A DNA stretch of 64,000 bases. Origin: the human T2T-CHM13v2.0 reference genome, Homo sapiens. The stretch lies in assembly GCF_009914755.1 (NCBI RefSeq), contig NC_060933.1; one strand, given 5' to 3'. The number at the start of each line of letters is the position of its first letter. The stretch's first letter is position 1. Shown here in pieces: positions 33,641 to 49,149 of the stretch. The translations under genes and the position numbers were made by a program. The notes beneath the pieces are model-generated. The model saw only the letters and a program-made list of their open reading frames with translations. It was not told where the DNA came from and made no database searches.

Positions 33641-35338
33641 TCTCACTGATTTTTTTAAAAAATGTATAGCATAAGTGATAAATATAGACAGATGGGAGGG
33701 ATACAGAAAGGAAAGGGTTAAGTGCAGTTTAAAGGGATTTTTTATTGTGTTTCTTTTACTTTCTTGTGACTTGTGGAGTAACTACTGGGATGGAATGTCT
33801 CTACAAGCACTGGTTTTAATTAAAAAGAAAGAAGTTAAGACCTCAAAATATATAGCTTATTGCTCTAATTTATCTGCTTTTGGGTTTCAGAATATTGTGA
33901 GCATAAGCTCTGGAGAGGCAGCAGAAGCCACCTCCCAAATCTCTGGTCTCCTCTTATGAGTTCTGTGAGGAGAAACTCCAGGGTGGGACCAGACCTGAAT
34001 GAGCCTCAGAAAAGGGTGAATCTGGACAGAGCTGGGGTGGAGAAACGGTCCAATGTTGAATTATGATCTCTATGCTGCTGGAGTACTTCTTGTTCTGTCT
34101 TTCCTAAGCCTGTCCAAGAGAAACTTAAGAGTTTGTATAATTTTAATCCATTTAGCCACTAATCTATTTTATAACATATAATAACAAGCAATTTAACCAA
34201 AACTTTTAGGGCTTCCTAGGATAATTTTATTAGAAAATATGTATTCTTAGCAAGGTAAAAGCAGTAGAAATACAAATAACTCTCCTGTTTGAGAATAGCT
34301 CTTCAGGTGGTGACATCAGAAGTCACAACAACATCAGAGTCATCGCCCAAGTCCCCTTAACACTCCCACTTTATTGTATTGACTATATGATGCTTAATTA
34401 AACCATTTATCCAGTTGCTCTAGACTGAAAGTTTTTGAATGACAGGGACCCTGACTGCTTCATCTATTTTTCTAAAGGCCATATGAAATGGAGGCAATTT
34501 GTTTATCAGTCCAAGTCTCCAGAACTCCTGAATTTTTTGCCAAGGAAACTGGAGAAACTCTTGTCCAGGTACCAACGAAGGAGATTCTTTCTACAAAAGA
34601 AGGAACAGACACTGAATGACTCATTTCCCTTCCTCTAACATGGAAGCAGAATTAGGCACTCCTGCCAGTCTGACCCAAGTCTGTACAGGACATCCTGAAA
34701 TGTCTTAAAGATTCCCGGGTGATTGTGAGAGGATTCCTAGTGACCATAGACTGATGACCATATGTTGATCCAGGTAGGAAAGACTCAAGCTGATTCTAAA
34801 TAGAAAATGGAACTGCCCTGGTAGAGCTCCAGAACCTGGATCTACATGTGATATCACCTGTTCTGATTAGCTAGGTCTTAGGTAAGAGAAAGGACAAGAA
34901 TACTCTACTCCAGTATCACATTTTACAAATAGGTAAACTTATGTCATTGCTCTGGGTATTTTGTGGCTTTGATCTCTCCCTGCTGACATGCATGTTTACA
35001 CTTACAGATTGTGCAACCAGATTCTATTTACACCAGCAGCCTCTCACATAACCATAGCAGGTCACTGGAAAAGATCTGGAAAGCTCAAAGGGATACACTC
35101 TGAAAGAAGGGCTTTAAGATTTCTATGCTGACATCTCACAGATCAGAAAATGTCTCCTATGGGTTTTCTGTACATTCTCAATCCAAAATCTGGCTCTCTC
35201 CTGTGAATCCCAGGGAGAGCTCAGCTCTTATGTACAGATTACAGGTAAGATCAACCTGACTCTTCATTCTTTGGTGTTACAGCAAGGAGAGTAAAAAAAA
35301 AAAAGTTTCCATCATAAAGTCTGCTCTAGCACATGATA

Positions 35339-35800
35339 TGTCAGCCTAAAAAGAAAAGGCTAAGGCAACACTCATTTAACTAGAGAGTTTATTTGGGCCA
35401 AGCCTGAGGATTGAACTCTGGGAGCATAGATTCAAGTTGCCTTGAATGTACACTTTAATTAGCAGCAGTTACAAGTGGATTTACAAAGGCAAAAGAGAGG
35501 GACAGGGAGTGGACTGAAACAAAGTTGTTTGTCAGAAATTCTTCTTGATCTACAGAAATAACATTGATGACTAATTGGCTATATATTTTTAAGCTGTGAG
35601 GTATTGCTTGTAACATCTAGTGTGGCATTATTAGGTTAATTTATATCTACTTGTAGGAATAGCAAACAGTTTCAAGAGGTAAACACGTAGCTCAAAGGAG
35701 GCAGTAGAACATAATTATGTTCTCATTTTTGTGTCCCTCCAGGCCTGATAAAACTAAAAGGACTTGCACTCCTCAGATCAAAGTTATTCTTTTTCCTCTA
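35339..35800 (-). mobile_element. ERV1-class solo LTR (LTR54-like, subfamily tentative)
   Basis: Starts tgtca, has reverse AATAAA (gtttattt); homologous to 55214-55667 over most of its length. Confidence 0.65.
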
Positions 35801-36281
35801 ATCTCAAGACCGAGATTCAGAATTTGGTACTGTAGATTTAGGTCCTGGATGGATGGAGAAATGGCAGGTGTTAACTGCACATTCATGGGAATTTTGGGAG
35901 GAGGAGAAAGAGGAACTTTGAGATACTCATGTTTACTCAATGCACACATGTCACCCTAATTGTTCTTCTGGGCCTAATAGTCTCCAACTCAGTTTCAGGT
36001 CTCAAGACACTATGGTCACTGAAAGAGGTGAAATGGTTGATTACTGTCCTGTGAATTTTGTCAACCACTGTAGAAAGGCTTAACCTCTCTATGAGTGGTT
36101 GTAGAGGACTATAGATGTGAAACAGGCAGAGACACAAGACTGCCTGCATACTCTGGGGGCAGTGTGCACTTTGAAGCACAACTGACTGGGTTGACTGGAA
36201 GCCTGAGGGGGAAAGCTTTCTCTAAAGTGAAGCTTGGTGGGCAATTTATACATATATACAATGTCTGGTAATTGTGAACAG

Positions 36282-36722
36282 TGTTTGAGAAATATAATTA
36301 AAAGGAAAATTATCTCCAATCCTAGAAAAACCCCACAATAACAGAACAGAAAGAAAAGTGTTTTATTGCACAATAAAACCAGAATGTTATGTGACATGAA
36401 TCACAGACAATCTGCTCAAGAGATTGCAAAGACAGAAAGGTCTCCATAATTAGTCCTCAAGTGGAAGATTTCATGGCATCATTTGTCATACACAGTTTAT
36501 CCTAAGTTCACCTGGTAATTGGGGAGGCCATCTGTGTATGTTAATTAGTTATATTGAAAGGAAAAATAAACTTCTGACATCTTCACGATAGGAGGTAGTT
36601 TTGCAACTTACAGCCAGGTGCCTGCTGAAAGTAGGCTCTGGTTCTTTTACAGACACTGTGAGATAGGATACTATTCTTTTGGCTATTTACATTTCAAAGC
36701 AAAGGGTCCCTACTCCCTAGGC
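36282..36722 (-). mobile_element. ERV1-class LTR (MER92-like), apparently truncated
   Basis: gagattgcaaagacagaaag, ttcacctggtaattggg, ggaggtagttttgcaactt match recalled MER92 consensus. Confidence 0.6.
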
Positions 36723-37620
36723 CATGGGCTGCAGCAATCCTGCTTGCCCTGTCCTGGTGGCCTGTGTCCCATCTCTTCCCCTTCCATCTACCATTGAGGC
36801 ACAGCTCACAGCACACAGCTGGCAGCCCACATTCCACATGGACTCCAACCACCACAGCTGCACTCCAGTGTCACATTATGGAGCAGGGTCCCTGAACTGC
36901 AGGAGGAGAACCTGCAGGACTCCTGGGTAGGATTGCACTTTTGCAATAATGGAAATGGGAGCAATGTTTCAGCTACGTTTCTATTTATGATGGTGACAAA
37001 AAAATACTGCTGGATTCCCAGCATGGGTCTGGATAGAGTGCAAAAGAGTTCTCATTGTGACAGCCCAACTCACTCAGAAACACCATGAGACACTTTTGGG
37101 TGTCCCTTCTGAAGACAGACACCGAAAGCATTGAAGAGAAAAACAGCCCTCAGTCTGAATAAAATTGTATTAAGAGGTTAAAAGCATCTGAAAGAAAAAT
37201 TCAGATTACATATAATATTAGCCAAGTCGACCAGAAAATACTCACTCCCCTGAGACAGTTTCTCTCTAAACACCCAAAATGCACAGCCGCTCTCAACACA
37301 AGAAACACAGTGTTATGATGAAAGGGGGCATATTCTCAGCAGAATTTCTTAAGATTTTTCTTCCATATCTGCTGCTCTCTCATCTGCTGGCCATTGGATT
37401 GAGGATCTACACTGGAACACATCAGGCAACCTTCACCAGCACTTTTTGATAAAGAATTGGAATTTGACTCTTTTTACATAGTAGAACTATATCTGAGATT
37501 GCAACATATCTAACTGAAGACTATTATGATTCATGATTTTTGGGTAGTCACGTCACTTGCATTGATTTGTTCTGTAAGAGTGGCATTCCTAATTTAGTAA
37601 AACATAAGAATAGACTGTAA

Positions 37621-37919
37621 GGCAGGACGCGGTGGCTCACACCTGTAATCCCAGCACTTTAGGAGGCTGAGGCAGGTGGATCACCTAGGTCGAGAGTTGA
37701 AGACCAGCCTGGCCAACAGGGTGAAACCCCATCTCTACTAAAATACAAAAACTAGCCAGGCGTGGTGGCAGACAACTGTAATCCCAGCTACTTAGGGGTT
37801 GAGACAAGAGAATCGCTTGAACCCAGGAGGTAGAGGTTGCAGTGAGCTGAGATCACGCCACTGCACTCTAGCCTGGGTGACAGAGCCAGACTCCATCTCA
37901 AAAACAACAACAACAAAAA
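37621..37919 (+). mobile_element. AluSx-like
   Basis: Full-length; TSD atagactgtaa/atagaatgtaa. Confidence 0.92.
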
Positions 37920-37956
37920 GATAGAATGTAAAATTTTTCTAACCTACTACTCTATC

Positions 37957-38264
<308 letters not shown>

Positions 38265-38602
38265 GACCTATTATTATATTTTTGGGATGAATTAATAAGC
38301 ATGTCAGATTAATATCTACTGTAACAATTAGTAAATTTTCTTTGGATATTAGATATAAATATCTAAGTATAAATAATCTTAATATACTAGTAATGACATA
38401 CATTTTTAAAATTATCTGTAACCTTCACTCAGTTATAATACTTTATATTTCAAAAGAATAAATAACGATATTAAAATTACTATTTAAGGGATTTATTCAT
38501 AGTAAATATTGTGGCCTTATATTCACATGATTGTAGAAAATACTGTTTAATTTACATGGATGAATGTTGTCTACTGAAGACTACATAAAACTATGTTAAT
38601 TC

Positions 38603-38780
38603 TTTTTTTATTTTTTATTTTTTTTAATTTATTATTATACTTTAAGTTTTAGGGTACATGTGCAAAATGTGCAGGTTTGTTACATATGTATACATGTGCC
38701 ATGTTGGTGTGCTGCACCCATTAATTTGTCATTTAGCATTAGGTATATCTCCTAATGCTCTCCCTCCCCCATCCCCCCAC
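38603..38780 (-). mobile_element. L1PA3/4-like 3'-terminal stub (~180 bp)
   Basis: T tail, ttatactttaagttttagggtacatgtgc...cctaatgct, ends inside the C-rich (G-tract) segment. Confidence 0.93.
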
Positions 38781-38785
38781 ACTGA

Positions 38786-41700
38786 CCTCACATAGGATTC
38801 CAGAACACTGCTGGGTTCTGAGTGTTTGTCCCTCACATAGGATTCCAGAACTGTTCTGTAGTCCTTTGTAAGGGATAAACATTCAGACCCTCGTAGCAGT
38901 GTTCCAGAATCCTATATGAGGGACAAAAACTCAGAACCCAGGAGCAGTGTTCTGGAATCCTCTGTGAGGGACAAACACTCAGAACACAACAGCAGTGTTC
39001 TGAAACCTTATGTGAGGGACAAACACTCAGAACCCAGCAGCAGTGTTCTGGAATCCTATGTGATGGACAAATACCCAGAACCCATCCACTGTCTTCTGGA
39101 ATCCTATCTGAGGGACAAACATTCAGACACTTGCAGAAGTGTTCTGGAATCCTATGTGAGGGACAAACAGTCAGCAACCAGGAGCAGTGCTCTGAAATCC
39201 TTTGTAAGGGACAAACAAACAGAATCCAGTAGCAGGGTTCTGGAATCCTTTCTGAGGGAAAAACATTCAGACCCTCTTAGCAGTGTTCTGGAATCCTATG
39301 TGCGGGACATTCAGACCCTCGTAGCAGTGTTCTGGAAACCAATGTGAGTGCCAAACACTCAGAACCCAGCAGCAGTGTTGTGGAATACTTGGTAAGGAAC
39401 AAACATTCAGACAATCGTAGCATTGTTCTGGAATCCTAAGTGAGGGACAAACACTCAGAAATGAGCTGCAGTGTTCTAGAATTCTATGTAAGGGACAAAC
39501 CCTCAGTACCGAGTGGCAGTGTTCTGGAATTCTATGTGAGGGACAAACACTCAGAACAAAGCAGCAGTGTTCTGGAATCCTCTGTGAAAGACAAACACTC
39601 AGATCCCAGCAGCAGTGTTCTGACACCCTATGTGAGGGACAAACACTCAGAACCCAGCCACTGTGTTCTGAAATCCTATCTGAAGGACAAACATTCGGAG
39701 CCTCGTAGAATTGTCCTGGAATCCTATGTGAGGGACAAACACTCAGAAACCTATAGCAGTGTTCTGGAATCCTTTGTGATGGACAAACAAACAGAGCCCA
39801 GCAGCCGTGTACTGGAATCCTATTTGACAGACAAACACTCAGAACTCAGAAGCAGTGTTCTGGAATCCTTTGTGATGGACAAACAAACAGAGCCCAGAAG
39901 CCGTGTACTGGAATCCTATTTGACAGACAAACACTCAGAACTCAGAAGCAGTGTTCTGGAATCGTATGTGAGGGACAAACACTTTGAATCTAGCAGTTAT
40001 GTACTGGAATCCCATGTGAGGGACAAACACTCAGAACCCATCAGCAGTGTTCTGGAATCCTATGTGAGTGACAAACACTAAGAAACCAGCAGCAGTGTTC
40101 TAGAATCCTTTGTGAGGGACAAACATTCAGACCATCGAAGCAGTGTTCTGGAATCCTGTGTGAGGGACAAACACTCAGATCCAGCAACAGTCTTCTAAAA
40201 TCCTTTGTGATGGACAAAAATTCAGACCGTCGTAGCCGTTTTCTGGAATCCAAGGTGAGGGACAAACACTCAGAACCCAGCAGCAGTGTTCTGGAATCCT
40301 ATGTGAGGGACAAACACTCAGATCCAGCAGCAGTGTTCTGGAATACTCTGTGAGGGAAAAACATTCAGACACTCTTAGCAATGTTCTGGAATCCTATGTG
40401 AGGGAAAAACATTCAGATACTCATAGCATTGTTCTGGAATTCTATATGAGGGGCAAACACTCAGAACCCAGCAAAAGTGTTCTGGAGTCCTTTGTGAGGG
40501 AAAAACATTCAGACCCTCGAAGCAGTGTTCTGGAATCCTATGTGAGGGACAAACAATCAGAACCCAGAAGCAGTTTTCTGGAATCTTATGTGAGGGAGAA
40601 ACACTTAGAACCCAGCAGCAGTGTTCTGGAATCCCGTGTGAGTGGCAAACATTCAGAACCCAGCAGCATTGTTCTGGAATCCTATTTGAGTGACAAACAT
40701 TCAGAACTTCGTACCTGTGTTCTGGAATGCTATGTGAGGGACAAACACTCAGAACCGAGCAGCAGTGCTCTGGAATCCTATGTGAGGGTCAAACACTAAG
40801 AACCCAGCAGCAGTGTTCTGGAATCCTTTGTGAGGGACAAACATTCAGAACCTTGTAGCAGTGTTCTGGAATTTTATGTGAGGGAAAACACTCTGAACCC
40901 AGCAGGAGTGTTTTCAAATCCCATGTGAGGGACAAACACACAGAACCCTGCAGCAGTGCTCTGGAATACTTTGTGAGGGACAAACATTGAGACTCTCAAA
41001 GCAGTTTTCTGGAATCCATTGTGAGGGACAGTCAGAACCCATAGCAGTGTTATGAATCCTTTGTGACAGACAAACATTCAGACCATTGTAGCAGTGTTCT
41101 GGAATCCTATGTGAGGGAAAAACATTCAGACCGTCGTAGCATTGTTCTGGAATTCTATATATGGGACAAACACTCAGAACTCAGCAGCAGTGCTCTGGAA
41201 CCCTATGTGAGGGGAAAACACTCAGAACCCAGCAGGATTGTTCTGGAATGCTATGTGTGGGACAAACACTCAGAACCCAGCAGCAGAGTTCTGGAATCCT
41301 ATGTGAAGGACAAACACTCAGAACACAGCAGCTGTGTTCTGGAATCCTTTGTGACGGACAAAGTTTCAGAACCTCACAGCAGTGTTCTGGAATCCTATGT
41401 GAGGGACAAACACTTAGAACCCAGCAGCAGTGTTCTAGAATCCTTTGAGAGGGAAAAACATTCAGACTCTTGAAGCAGTGTTCTGGAATCCTATGTGATG
41501 GACAAACACTCAGAACCCAGGAGCAATATTCCGGAGTCCTTTGTGATGGACAAGCATTCCGACCCTCGTAGCAGTGTTCTGCAATCCTATGTGAGGGACA
41601 AACACTCAGAAGCCAGCAGCTTTGTTCTGGAATCCCATGTGAGGGATAAACTCTCAGAACCCAGCAGCAGTGTTCTGTAATCCTATATGAGTGAGAAACA

Positions 41701-43008
41701 CTCAGAACCCTGCAGCAGTTTTGTAGATTCCACTGTGAGATACAAACATTCAGACCCTCGTAGAAGTGTTCTGGAATCCTATGTGAGGGAAAAACTCTCA
41801 GAAACCTGCAGCAGTGCACTGGAGTCCCTTGTGAGGGACAAACAAACACAACTGAGCAGCAGTGTTCTGGAATCCTTTGAGAGGCAAAAATATTCAGACC
41901 CTCATAGCAGTGTTCTGGAATCCTACGTGAGGGACAAACACTCAGAACCCAGCAGCAGTATTCTGGAATCCTATGTGGGGGGCAAACACAACCCAGCTGC
42001 AGTGTTCTGGAATCCTCTGTGAGCGACAAACGTTCAGAAATTTGTAGCAGTGTTCTGAAATTCTATATGAGGGACAAACACTCAGAACCCAGCCACTGTG
42101 TTCTGGAATCCTATGTGAGGGACAATCATACAGACCCTCGTAGATGTGTTCTGTAATCTTATCTGAGGGACAAACATTCAGACCTTAGTATCAGTGTTCT
42201 GGAATCCTATGTGAGGGACAAACGCTCATAACCCAGCAGCACTGTTCTGGAATCCTATGTGAGGGACAAACACTCAGAACCCAGCAGCAGTACTCTGGAA
42301 TAATTTGTGAGGGACAAACATTCAGACAATCATAGCAGTGTTCTGGAATCCTATGTGAGGGACAAACACTCAGAATGCAGCAGCAGTGTTCTGGAATCCT
42401 ATGTGAGGGACAAACACTTAGAACCCAGCAGCACTGTTCTGGAATCCTATGTGAGGGACAAACACTCGGAAAGCCACAGCAGTGTTCTGGAATCCTATGT
42501 GAGGGTCAAACACTCAGAAACCTGCAGCAGTGCTCTGGATTCCTTTGTGAGGGACAAACAAACAGAACCCAGCAACAGAGTTCTGGAATCCTATGTGAGG
42601 GACAAACACTCAGAACCCAGCAGCAGCATTCTGGAAACCTTTGTGAGGGACAAACATTCAGATCCTCATAGCAGTGTTCTGGAATCCTATGTGAGAGACA
42701 AACACTAAGAAAGCTGCAGCAGTGTTCTAGAATCCTATGTGAGGGACAAACACTCAGAGCCCAGCAGCAGTGTTCTGGAATCCTATGTGAGGGACAAACA
42801 CTCAGAACCCAGCAGCAGTGTTCTGGAATCCTTTGTGAGGGACAAACATTCAGAACCTCGTAGCAGTGTTCTGGAATCATATGTGAGGGATAACACTCTG
42901 AACCCAGCAGGACTGTTTTCGAATCCCATGTGAGGGACAATCCCTTAGGACCCTGCAGCAGTGTTCTGGAATCCTATGTTAGTGACAAACTCTCAGAACC
43001 AGAAGCAG
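38786..43008. repeat. 48-bp CER (D22Z3-type) pericentromeric satellite array, ~88 monomers
   Basis: Tandem consensus gaacccagcagcagtgttctggaatcctatgtgagggacaaacactca with a second monomer type (cattcagaccctcgtagc); first 66 bp inverted relative to the rest. Confidence 0.93.
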
Positions 43009-43020
43009 AGGGAAAAGAAA

Positions 43021-43476
43021 CTACCAAGGGTAGCCAAGATGACCAAATAGGAACAGCTCCGGTCTACAGCTCCAAGCATCAGCAACGCAGAAGATGGGTG
43101 ATTTCTGCATTTCCATCTCAGGTACCAGGTTCATCTCACTAGGGAGTGCCAGACAGAGGATGCAGGACAGTGGGTGCAGTGCACAGTGCATGAGCTGAAC
43201 CAGGGTGAGGCATTGCCTCACTCGGGAAGCACAAGAGGTCAGGGAGTTCCCTTTCCTAGTCAAAGAAAGGGGTGAGAGACGGCACCTGGAAAATCGGGTC
43301 ACTCCCACCCTAATACTGCACTTTTCCAAGGGTCCTAACAAACGGTGCACCAGGAGATTATATCCCGCACATGGCTCAGAGGGTGCTACGCCCATGGAGT
43401 CTCGCTGATTGCTAGCACAGCAGTCTGAGATCAAACTGCAAGGTGGCAGAGAGGCTTGGAGAGGGTCGCTTGCCAT
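43021..43476 (-). other. L1 antisense ORF0 homologue, open and C-terminally extended
   Basis: ATG at 43476 gives MASDPLQASLPPCSLISDCCASNQRDS...RVGVTRFSRC, matching primate L1 ORF0; frame continues to a stop at 43021. Expression unknown. Confidence 0.75.
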
Positions 43477-43805
43477 TGCCCAGGCTTGCATAAGTAAACA
43501 AAGCAGCCAGGAACTCGAACTGGGTGGAGCCCACCACAGCTCAAGGAGGCCTGCCTGCCTCTTTAGGCTCCACCTCTGGGGGCAGGGAACAGACAAACAA
43601 AAAGACAGCAGTAACCTCTGCAGACTTAAATGTCCCTGTCTGACAGTTTTGAAGAGAGCAGTGGTTCTCCCAGCACACAGCTGGAGACCTGAGAATGGGC
43701 AGACTGCCTCCTCAAGTGGGTCCCTGACCCCTGACCCCCAAGCAGCCCAACTGGGAGGCAATCCCCAGTACGGGCAGAATGACACCTCACACGGCTGGGT
43801 ACTCC

Positions 43806-43933
43806 TCTGAGACAAAACTTCCAGAGGAATGATCAGACAGCAACATTTGCGGTTCATGAAAATCTGCTGTTCTGCAGCCACTGCTGCTGATACCCAGGCA
43901 AACAGGGTCTGCAGTGGACGTCTAGCAAACTCC
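43806..43933 (+). promoter_or_regulatory. ~129-bp L1 5'UTR segment containing the ZNF93 binding region
   Basis: tctgagacaaaacttccagagg...ctagcaaactcc lies between gggtactcc and aacagacctgcagc; this segment is absent from L1PA2/L1HS. Confidence 0.8.
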
Positions 43934-44058
43934 AACAGACCTGCAGCTGAGGGTCCTGTCTGTTAGAAGGAAAACTTACAAAGAGAAAGGACATCCACAC
44001 CTAAAACCCATCTGTACATCACCATCATCAAAGACCAAAACTAGATACAACCACAAAG

Positions 44059-45073
44059 ATGGGGAAAAAACAGAGCAGAAAACCTGGAAATTCTAAAAAG
44101 TAGAGCACCTCTCCTCCTAAAAAGGAACACAGTTCCTCACCAGCAATGGAAAAAAGCTGGGCAGAGAATGACTTTGATGAGTTGAGAGAAAAAGGCTTCA
44201 GACGATCAAACTGCTCCAAGCTACAGGAGGAAATTCAAACCAAAGGCAAAGAAGTTAAAAACTTTGAAAAAAATTTAGACGAATGTATATCTAGAATAAC
44301 CAATAAAGAGAAGTACTGAAAGGAGCTGATGGAGCTGAAAGCCAAGGCTCGAGAACTACATGAAGAATGTGGAAGCCTCAGGAGCCAATGTGATCAACTG
44401 GAAGAAAGGGTATAAGTGATGGAAGAAGAAATGAATGAAATGAAGTGAGAAGGGAAGTTAGAGAAAAAATAATAAAATGAAATGAACAAACCTCCAAGAA
44501 ATATGGGACTATGTGAAAAGACCAACTCTCCGTCTGATGGGTGTACCTGAAAGTGATGGGGAGAATGGAACCAAGTTGGAAAACACTCTGCAGGATATTG
44601 TCCAGGAGAACTTCCCCAATCTAGCAAGGCAGGCCAACATTCAGATTCAGGAAATACAGACAACACCACAAAGATACTCCTCGAGAAGAGCAACTCCAAG
44701 ACACATAATTGTCAGATTCACCAAAGTTGAAAGGAAGGAAAAAATGTTAAGGGCAGCCAGAGAGAAAGGTCGGATTACCCACAAAGGGAAGACCATCAGA
44801 CTAACAGCAGATCTCTTGGCAGAAACTCTAGAAGCCAGAAGAGAGTGGGGGCCAATATTCAACATTCTTAAAGAAAAGAATTTTCAGCCCAGAATTTCAT
44901 ATCCAGCCAAACTAAGCTTCATAAGTGAAGGAGAAATAAAATCCTTTACAGACAAGCAAATGCTGAGAGATTTTGTTACCACCAGGCCTGCCCTAAAAGA
45001 GCTCCTGAAGGAAGTACTAAACATGGAAAGGAACAACCGGTATCAGCCTCTGCAAAATCATGCCAAAATGTAA
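44059..45073 (+). pseudogene. L1 ORF1p, disrupted
   Basis: ATG GGG AAA AAA CAG start, premature TAG at 44101; C-terminal 186 aa open (...RYQPLQNHAKM). Confidence 0.93.
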
Positions 45074-45136
45074 AGATCATCGAGACTAGGAAGAAACTGC
45101 ATCAACTAACGAGCAAAATAACCAGCTAGCATCATA

Positions 45137-48919
<3,783 letters not shown>

Positions 48920-49149
48920 ACAATGAGAACACATGGACACAGGAAGGGGAACATCACACTTCGGGGACTGTTGTGTGGTGGGGGGAGGGGGAGGGATAAC
49001 ATTAGGAGATATTCCTAATGCTAAATGACGAGTTAATGGGTGCAGCACACCAACATGGCACATGAATACTTACGTTACAAACCTGCACATTGTGCACATG
49101 TATCCTAAAACTTTAAGTATAATAATAAAATAAAATAAAATAAAAAAGC

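Noticed and set aside
38833-42940. Long ORFs with 16-aa repeats (RDKHSEPSSSVLESYV / HRIPEHCCWVLSVCPS)
   Set aside because: By-product of a 48-bp monomer divisible by 3; open on both strands, no splice or promoter context.
38786-43008. CRISPR-like array
   Set aside because: Head-to-tail diverged monomers without unique spacers, in primate DNA with no cas genes.
38853-43008. Satellite motifs as transcription-factor arrays (TTCtgGAA heat-shock-like; cagcagcagtg shared with the L1 ZNF93 segment)
   Set aside because: Only two nGAAn units rather than three, and the 11-mer match to the L1 likely reflects CpG decay; too short to support without ChIP data.
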